Shown here piece by piece: positions 49,069-59,200 of a stretch of 64,000 bases of DNA. This DNA is from Lingula anatina (lineage: Eukaryota; Animalia; Brachiopoda). Below the pieces are notes generated by a model, which saw only the letters and a list, made by a program, of their open reading frames with translations, did no database searches and was not told where the DNA came from. The position numbers were made by a program, and so were the translations under genes. The DNA is taken from assembly GCA_051362555.1 (NCBI GenBank), contig CM120641.1, positions 24,806,401 through 24,870,400 of the forward strand, read 5' to 3'. The first letter of the stretch is position 1. Every line of letters begins with the position of its first letter.

Positions 49069-51380
49069 CCTATCATGACATAAAACCAAGGGGTGACAGT
49101 GTTCAGAGAGACTCAGAGGACCTACAGGTCTGTGATCTACAGCACAGTTACAAGAATACTCATCTAACTCGCCAAAATGTGCAGTGAGATCACACCTAAC
49201 GCAGCAGCAGTCACAGCTAACACAATTGCCACTAGCAACACAATGTGGAGTACAATCTAGTCATGCCATGGTGCTCAACAAAATGGTTGAAATGACTGTA
49301 CAGAATTGCATCAGATTGTAGAGGAAGATCTTTTTATCAACCAAGAGTCATTTATCTCACAACTGTGACTGGATCTGAATATATCTATTTCAGCTGGAAC
49401 TTACATGATTTTGCCATGACAACAAGGGTGCAGCATTCATTTCAGCACCTCATTCATTTCATTCTTAACAGCATTAAGATTTTCACCAATTCAATCAGTA
49501 TAGTGTTATTTAAATGATGGTGAAGATAATTTGATATTAGAAGGATTACAAAGTTGCCAAAGTTGTTGCACAAAAAAATACTAAATCTTCACATAACGAT
49601 TTACACCTCTGTTCTCTGCAGTTTTCCCCCCCACTAAATAAATCATCTACGCTGTCCTCAGTGCTGGCCCCCCTTGGTACTAATATCACTCAATCAAGGT
49701 GCTCTTTGGTCATTTGTACCCAATTGTGCAATGACAAGTCAGTAGTGTTTATACAAAATTGTAAAAGTAGAAATGAAGGAACAACAGTCATTTATTGTAT
49801 GTTGTAACTTATGTAAATATTAACTATGTGATAGTGTAGGTATATACTTATATATAGATATACTCATAGAATATGTATACAAGGATCTTGTAGAAACTTC
49901 TGGATTGTTGCCTATATAAGGCCTATAAGAAATCCTGTCTTTGGATGTTTCAGTGCTTACTGCATCAAGCAGATATCTTTTACTGCAACACTTTATAAAC
50001 AAAGATATTCATAGTGCTTATTGATAAGTTAATTTAACATGGAGAGAAGCCTGAATATCACCATAAATCTGAATTGTTCAGAATGATATTTTAGGAAGTT
50101 TTGGTAAAAAAGATGTATGCTCTAGTCATCAGCTGTTAACTGTCTATATTTTAGTCTGTAAGTAAATGATACTGCATTTCTGTTTCACTGATCTTTGTGC
50201 AATAGCAAAGCATTTAACTTTGTTTGTTATTCTGTTTGCCTAAGGTTTTTTGTATGTGTTAGAAAGGAGATTCTTAACTAAGATGGGATATAAAATTCTC
50301 ATTGACTTTAATACCTTACTATCTTTTGTAAATCTCATAAACCAGAAATATTTAAAAATTTTATTTGCTGGTACAAAATGAAAAATTACTTGCTATATAT
50401 AGAACCTGAATTTCTGAAAAGTGCTCAGAATCAACCAAGTGTGGTGCTGAAGTAGTGATTTTTTCCTTTTATTCCCTTCATTTTTGCTTTATGCATATAT
50501 ACATTTATATATGTCACTTAGTGTTGACACGCTTTTGTGGCTGCTTGTAGCATAACAGCAAGGATTTAAGACCAGTAAATATTTTTCATTGCTGGGACAT
50601 CTGCTACACAGGGCAGAGTGAAAGCAACGGTAGCTAGTCATTTCACAGTATTACCTTTCTGTAACAATATTAATTCTCTGTATTTAATTTGTGGCCAAAT
50701 CAAATAAGTGGAGTTGTGTTGGCATGATAGAAGATGCTGGTTAACATTAAAAATGTTTCCAAACTTGTGTCAAGAGGAGATGGGGCATGCCAAGGGAGAA
50801 ATGAATGATAGAAAGTAAGGTGAATACTCGTCCAATTATATATTGTTTACTTTTCACTCTTTTTGTATACACACCTTGAAAAATCTCGTGCAAAATCTAG
50901 GTTTGGTTGTTTACGTATTGTGAACAAGTACAACCGAGTTCTACTTTATGCTGTTATGTATCAAATCTTTATAGTTACAGTTTACATGTAGTCCTCAACT
51001 TTTACAGTTATTATACCTTATATTATATGATTAACCTTTTTTCTGAAGCTTAAAGTTCTTTATATGTTTCTAAAGCATTCATGCACAGATATGACAAAAG
51101 TGCAAGTAAACTATATGTTTACTTATATTCTTGATATCATTCACTCGAATCTTTTTACTGCTTTATCCTGATTGCAACAAAAATGAAGCCTTTATCAAGT
51201 CAATCATTTTCTTTGGTTTCAATGACAGATACTGCTTCAAAAATTTTAAGCACTAGTAGCAGTTTCCATATTGTATTAGTGTTGCATTTAATGCAATAAA
51301 TTGTTCTCAAGTGAACCAGTGTTGTCCAATACATTAACTTAATTATTATCTATATTTCACAATAAAAACATTGTGAACAA
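49069..51380 (+). other. Probable ~2.3-kb Rbfox 3' UTR with polyadenylation signals
   Basis: Non-coding AT-rich tract after the stop; AATAAA at 51295-51300 and 51361-51366. The true end is not determinable. Confidence 0.5.
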
Positions 51381-53026
51381 CTCATAGAAATATAATATAT
51401 TGTTTTATCACAAAAACAGCAGTTATAGCTATTATTCTGATATTTGAGCTTGTCTTTAGACCATGTGACCTCCATTGATGGCTATACTCTGTTATAATCT
51501 CTTAAGAGATTATAACAAAAAAACAAACTTTTTATGAAAAAGCCAGGGACTCACTTTGAATGTAAAAATGGATTCATTAACCATTGGTAAGTATAGAAAA
51601 ATTGTTGTTTACTCCAGGAAAATTCATTTTTTGGCCAAAATGAAGAGTTATTATCCCTTTAACATCAGTGTTAAACATCAGTGTTGTTCCCCAGTGTAGG
51701 ACATACCCAGTGCGGGTATGGAGAGCAAGCAGAAAAAAGACATTAAGCTTCCTTTAATTAAAACTGTAGTCGATTTTCTTGAGCAAGATAGGTTTTTTTT
51801 ACAAATATATCCATATCTCCTTGTCCCAGGCATATTTGTCCCAAAAATCCCCACAATGATCTATTTGACTACTACTGACTTCGGGTCAACGACTGGCCGT
51901 TGAGTAATAGGGTCTTATAAACGTTACAAAGGCAGGCATCAAAATAATGAATGATTACTAAGAGTGTTCACGTTGCGTTAGTTTGCTGCATGACAAATTC
52001 TTGAAAGTTGAACCTGTTTTCACTAATATAAGTGGAAAGAAAACGATAACAAGCGCACGGAAGCGCTTACATACAACAATGTTGATTGATCCAGTGCTAC
52101 ATCAAAGCCTTTGTTAACCCGGGCTTGCGATCGCTTGGAGAACGAATTTGGTCAATTCTCACAAACATATCACAAAAGAAAACCAAGCAACATTAAAAGT
52201 TAACAAAAACCGATGTCTAAATTTGCTGTTTACTATCACTTTTTGTCAACTTTGAAGAGTTAGAGTGGGCAAAAATTAGTTCTCCAAGTAAGTGCAATCA
52301 GGGTGCAACAGGTATTTAGATCCATGGATGGTAGGCCTAATCCCATTGTTGGATATTGTTTTATTTTACACTGTTTAAATCAATAAAGTTTTAAGCACTA
52401 AATCTGATATTGATAATATAAAGAGTGAAATAAGATTATTTTTCTGGAAAACTCTTGCTCAAGGTTTTGTTCGTTAAGTTCTCTCTCTCGAAAAAAACGC
52501 GTGCGTGGCGTTCTTTTATAAAAGCAGCCTTTTCCATATATAGCTGCTTTTAAAAAACATTCCTCGATAATTGTAGGCCTAATTTGCTCCCCTTAAATAT
52601 CACCTTAGAAATAAAGGTCACTGGAAAATTGTTTTCTGTAGACACCTATTTTTTTAAAAAGCTGCATCGATCATGCCTATTTTATCTTTAGTTCTACTCC
52701 CAAGGCTTGGCCTGCATTTATAATAAATGGTTAGACTATTCAGTTGATGCTATTTTAAAAGTGTGTTTTGATTAAGTGTAATTTGATGAAATATGTCAAA
52801 CCTGCAACGTGCAGTTTCTTTTAATGCAATTTTCCTCTTTCTTGCAACAAAAAAATCACTTTTAAGTAGGTCTGTTGTATCGAAAAAAATACTTCAAATT
52901 AATTATTGTAGCAGTCAATGATTTAGCACCAAGCTTTTCATTTTTCAGTAAAGTGTTATTTGATGAACAGATAATTATAATGGAAATGCAAATAGTTAAT
53001 GTCCTGTGATTATTATCTTACGCAGT

Positions 53027-53170
53027 TTTGAAGAGTGAAGCGTGGATGTGAGATAGTCAACCAATCAGAAAAGTTTGAAGTTTGAAAGTTTGAAATTCTC
53101 TGAGATCCCTGGGAAGGCTTGGGTCTCGCTCAGTCTCGTTCAGGTTAGAGAGCTGTAGGTGGCCAATCAG
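53027..53170 (+). promoter_or_regulatory. Cyclin F G2/M-type promoter: CCAAT boxes plus CHR (TTTGAA) elements
   Basis: CCAATCAG at 53061 and 53163; TTTGAA at 53027, 53074, 53081, 53089; 120-260 bp upstream of the CCNF ATG. Confidence 0.75.
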
Positions 53171-53287
53171 ATCTCGAGGACAACCGCTTATAGTAAACTG
53201 TGTAGTAGGTACAACCGTCGTGTAGTTTTTGCACAATTTAGTTATTTTCTCTCATGAATTTGAAGCAAATATAACTCAGGAGAAGGG

Positions 53288-53294
53288 ATGAAGG
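53288..53294 (+). CDS. CCNF: CCNF coding exon 1 (ATG AAG G)
   Basis: Phase-1 donor G|gtaggt joins TG GTG of the next exon (MKVV), paralleling the tiny first coding exon of vertebrate CCNF (MGSGGVV). Confidence 0.7.
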
Positions 53295-56200
53295 GTAGGT
53301 AAATGTATTTTAATGAAAAACAGTAGGGACAATTATTTTCTACTTTATTATCAAGTAATACATGAGGGAATTCCCATTGCGGCATTTGTCTACTCTTAAT
53401 CTATGGCGGCTGATTTGACTTGGGAAATTATTTAGCCCTTACGTGTTCTTCGCCGTTTAAGGATTATCAGATGGATATATTTAAATAGATTTGCCCTATT
53501 TGAAGTAGGTGGTCTAATTTGTAGTATTCTTTAACATGAACACTTTTCCAACTCATTTTCCGTTACCAACCGCCACTCAAACGGTCACTCGGGTACAACC
53601 ACCTAGGTTTATTTCCACTTGTTGAATGAGAAAATCTCTTACTCTTATCTAAATGTTTTTCTAACATGTGGACTCATTAATTAAGAAAACGCCAGACTAA
53701 CTAATTAATTGTTTGTTCAATTAATCTCATTTATCTGATTTTGAAGGGAAGATATCCAGGTTTGGGTCTAAAAAAATAATGATAAAAAACAATAGGTATA
53801 AAATAATTGCTTTCACTAACAAGAATAATAAGAGTGGGTAAAATCTTAGATCTTAGCTAGTTTTATAATTATCTTCCTCTTCCAATTTAGACTTTTTGAA
53901 TATTTACAAAGGTCAAGAATTGAGTAAAACTTGTGACAGTGGTAAACTAATGTAATAATAAAGGAAATGATTTGTGATGAACTGCCCCTCACATGCTTTA
54001 GTATATAAATTCATTAATATATACTATGGGCAAAATTAACAGTTAAAGATGTAAAAAGTTTCCATAAAAACTCGCACTAAATGAATTTCTTTGGGGTAAA
54101 AAAAGTTTTTCTACTATTAACCAACATTTGATTTCCTGTCCTGACACTCGCAATTCTTCCAGTCGTATCTGGGCAACCAGGTAAGTATCTTCTTGTCCTT
54201 CCTGACACAAGTGGTCATATCAAGCACTGTAAAGTATGATATCATTGGACAATGCCTGACAGCTTAAATATAAAGCTAATGCAGTCCATCATGTTTTTTG
54301 AGTTGTTTTAACCAATTTCCAGTGGACTTGCCATTTGCTAAGAAGTGTGACATCAGTCGGACTATGAGAACAGTTCTGCTTCAATCTGGAAAAATAAAAA
54401 AAAAATCTTAACCATTTAAGCAAGGGTTTCCCAAATACTATTGAAATTCTATTCTCCCACTGACCTATGGGCTGTGAACATTTAGAACTGTATCACAATA
54501 GTTGACAGATGGCAGTGTGACAAAATTTGATGATTTTTGGCAACATTTGGGATTTATTTCTAATTTGTTAAAAGTCATCCATAAAGTAATATTTGTCATT
54601 GGTTAAGTTCAATAATAAAGGGTTTATGCACATAAACATGTATTTTAAATTGAAATGAAAAATTAAAATATTCTTATCACATAAATAAATAAACAAAATT
54701 TGCACACAAACATCATATATATGATTACAAATCCCATCTCAATTTTTAGTGGTGAAAGAATTTGGCAAGTGCAAGTTGGTGCTACAGAGACACATGAGGT
54801 CCATGTCCCTGAACATGGCTAGTCAGAAACCTCGCACCAGGAGTGACTGTACCATCTGGTCCCTTCCTGAGGAGATATTACTACTACTTCTACAAGGCCT
54901 CCATATTAAAGACTTACTCAACATGGCAGCAGTGAGTGATGCATGTTTTTTTTTTAATGGGGAGTTTTATGTCATTTAACATTGAAAGAATTTCTATGGT
55001 AATACTTGAATGTTTATTGAATTTAATTTTTCATTGCCATTTTCACACTAAGACAAATATATATATTACAGTTTTTTGACTAGTACATATTTATTTTTCA
55101 GGTTCATTCTTATTTCCGTGATCTCATCTACTCTCATACCTCACTCTGGGCTGGTATCAACTTTGATGAAACTTGGCCCTCCATTCCAAACTTGAAACAT
55201 TTTGAAAGGTGAAATATATGCATTACTATCATTTCATGTAAAAATTTCATGTTGTTTGCCCATTTACTAATGTTCTTAATGAATAAAAGCAAAATGATTG
55301 GAAAAAATATTTAGTTCCAATTTCACAACATATAACATATTGCTTTGCATTATTGAAATATTAATGCAGTTTTAGTTACCTTATTTACATTTATCTAAAG
55401 CTCCTAAGCATGTTTTTTTTTTTTTCATGTATTTTAGGTCAGCAAGTAGTGGCAATATAGAGGCTTTAATCAAACTTGGAGTTGCTTACCTCTACAATGA
55501 AGGGTGTAAGTATTTATTTTATTACCAATGTAGACAATTATCCAGAAGTATGATTCATATACTTTCAGAAATGAGCATTGATACTGCAATGTATAGAAAT
55601 GAAAATTTATGTTCAGATACTTGGGTGTTGTATTGATGCCCCCAGGCTCCCTATACAGAGCCTTATGCCAGTGCTTGCTTTTTTGGAATTTTTTAAAAGG
55701 ATTCCCTGTCATCTCAGAATTTAAAATGGAAAGGTGGATTTTTCCCTTGAAGGATTAAAATATTTCCATTTTATTTTTTTCATTGCAGTTCCTGGTGATT
55801 TTGAAGGGAAGCGCATTACGAGCAATGGAGAACAAGCTGCTGCAATGTTTTGCCAAGTTGAATCTCTAACGCCGGAAATCTCTCCATTCACTTGGCTTTT
55901 CATCCGTCCCCCCTGGTCAACTGCTGGGGCTTGCTGCAAAGAATATGTCTTCAAGAACATGAAGAGCATTTGTGAAAAGGTAACAAAGCACATGTTGACA
56001 ATAAGAGAATAACCAGGGAAGTGTGTTAGTTTTAGTAAAATGTATAGAAGTCTGCCTAATGATTGACAAGGATTATTTTCTTCAAAAGGAAAACACCATG
56101 TAATAAAACCATGTACTTTTGGTCAACTATACTTATAATTTTGCAAATTACAATTGATAGTATTTTTTATCTGAAAGTATAATATGACAACAAAATATTA

Positions 56201-59200
56201 TTTAAATGATGTATAATGCTTCAGGAAGAAGTACGTTATAATTGTGCATAATTTCTCTCCAGGATCCAAGCTGTAAGGTCCAGTTGTGCCTGGCACACAC
56301 ACTGCAGTTGTTCGATGATGAAGAGCATGCCCAGGAAGCCAAAGATTATCTAGAAAAGGCTGCCAGTCAGCTCTCTCCTGTGGCCACCTATCAGCTGTGG
56401 CAGTGCAATCAGAAGACAAAGGTAATGAGATTTTTAGGTATTCTGTAGTTATAGAGTATATGTGTAATAATGAGTAACAAGAGAAAATATTGTCTGAATA
56501 TTTGTTTTTGTGGATATTGCTTATTGTGGACTGGCAACTGAAAATTTATGTAGTATTTTAAAAAGATGTTTAGCTGGCTTATATATGCAAACTGTATTTG
56601 ATTCAGTTTTCTGAAATTTTGCTCATCTACACTCCAGGCATTTGATGTTGCCAGTCAGTTAAAAAGTATTCGCATGCTCCGTGACATTGCCAGCAAAGGT
56701 CAGTTGGAGGCCCAGCTGTCTTTGTGCCACCTTTACGCAGATGGGAAGTACGGAGGTATCTCTGAAGCCCAAGCAGCAGGTTTCATGAAGGAGTTTGTGC
56801 AATCTACTAAACCCAGCGACATCCATGATATTTTCAGGTGGAACTATGATATAACAAACTCTATGAGGTGAGTTTTAAGAGTACCCCATTACTTTTGTTT
56901 CTACTCTGTGCATACTGTAGGCTTGGTTAAAAATTACATCTGTCTGTCACATTGACTAAAAAATTTACAGTAATTCGAAAATTTTAAATCAAGGATTGTG
57001 CCAACTAGTTCATAATTGGAAACGCCTAAAACATAATGAATCACATAATGAACATTTTATAAACAGCCTGTCTTCTCTGAACTGTGATCTGTAAATATTT
57101 GTTTCCAGATATATCCTGGTAGATTGGCTAGTGGAGGTAGCTTCTATGAAGGACTTCAGTAGCCTGACCCTCCATGTGGCAATCAGTGTGGTGGATAGGT
57201 TCATCAGCAGGCACATGATGACAAAGTCCAAGTTACAGTTACTGGGGGTGGCTGCTATGGTGGTGTGTTCAAGGTAATGGACAGGTCTTGATGTGGAATT
57301 AAGGGGTTGATGGGGGGATGGTATTGTTTTTTTTAATAATTATTATTATTTCTGTGTGTTGCTGGTAGATGTGTGAATATAGTGCAGGGATATAGCATAT
57401 CAGCTAAATAGCTGATGAGATTTTATTTATGTTCGTGAAATTAATTTTTTTCTATGTAATTGATAGCTCTTGTTTTGTTTCAAAAGGAAGGCAGGTATTA
57501 TTTTCTTTATTTTATTACAGTGTCTGTACCATTTGTTTATTTGAGCAGCCATTAAATGTGTACAAATGGTTTGTGAATACTGTTGATCATCTTTACTTGA
57601 TCAACCAGTTGAAAATCTTTTTAATATTTGTGCATCGTATTCTAGATATCTGGGTAAAGATATTATCACAATACGAGAGGCAGCTTGGCTGACTGACAAT
57701 ACTTACAAATATGAGGATGTTGTTAGGATGATGGGAGAAATTCTAGCCACACTGAAGGGTGATCTCAGGGTAGGTTGTCAGGATTTTTCTTCTTTTGTAA
57801 CAGTGCTTGAAATGACCATTGTCCTCAGTCCAGTGTTTGTCTATCTGGACCAGTAGAATATGAACATTACTCTCCTGAAAAATTACAAAAATGTCTCTGA
57901 TTCTTTTTTATTTTCTCTTTACTTTCTCTTTTGCCTTTTTCCTTCTGTGTGAAAGCTATTATTTCTATTATGAACAGTAAAACAAAGCTTAAATAAATAT
58001 TGCTCGTAGATGATAAACCATTTCAATAACTGTGGTTGAATGTCACGTCAATAGAATGTTTTTCTATCACACTTGAAAATTCTCTTGACTTACAGCAATT
58101 GTTCATATGGTTATTGCAATATGTTTGTTCTAACACTGGACATTCTGAAGTATATGGATGTGTTTTACCATTATGTATCTCACATTCCAGGTGGTCACTA
58201 TCTTCGATCTGGTGGGCATGTTAGGCAGAATTGTCGATCTTGACCAGCGTGTCCAATGTCTGGCCGAGTACATCTGTGAACTGACCCTCCTCCACACTGA
58301 CCTGTCCTCCTATACCAAGGCCGAGGTGGCTGCCAGCTGTGTACTACTGGCCAGGGTGGCTAACAAACTAGGTAATAACATGACTGGTTCATACTGGAAA
58401 TGAATTACACCATACTGTCAATTATATTTAAATATTAGTTTTTATGTTACCTCTGCGATCTAATGACTGTTGTGATATCCTTTGAATGCCATGTCATTAT
58501 ATTTTCCTCAATTATTATTATTATTATTTTTTTTTTTTTATCTATTAATTCTTTGTTGCCCATAAAATTTTGTGTCATTTCTAACTTCCCATGTACATAT
58601 TTTGAATTGTGGCACACATAATGTTGTAGTTATTTCCTTTAAGATTATCCATTCTTTGTAACAGTCATTTATCTTGTCTTCTCTCAAGACACACCATGGC
58701 CCAGCAAGATGACAGAGTTCACTGGTTTCTCTGTGGAAGATCTCACCAAGTGCACCATTCACATCCATGAAAAATGGTGAGTTCTTTACCCTCCATTGAT
58801 TCTTCTTTAAAAAGTGATTACGGTGAATAATTTAACCAGTCAAGAATAGGTAAATGAATTACTATTAATTTTAGGCTCACTCTTATTGGTATGTGGGAAA
58901 GTGGTGCAATAGTGTGCTGTATATTTGATACAACCATTGTATAATATATACGCAGTTGTAAATATATAGGTATATACAGACACACATCTTTTCTTTTGCC
59001 TTATCTGAACACTTGGTTGAAACTTACTGTGCTAGTGTGGGCTTAGGGCATAAAATTTTATCTTGACATCGGAGTGGAGTATCTGACTTAAACAGACATG
59101 AGCCTTGTTCCATTTTTTTTAATTCAATTCTGATGGTTCCTGAGATTCGTCAATGTTCAGAGATTTTTGTTTTGAAACCTAGGCTCATGTCTGCAAGAAA

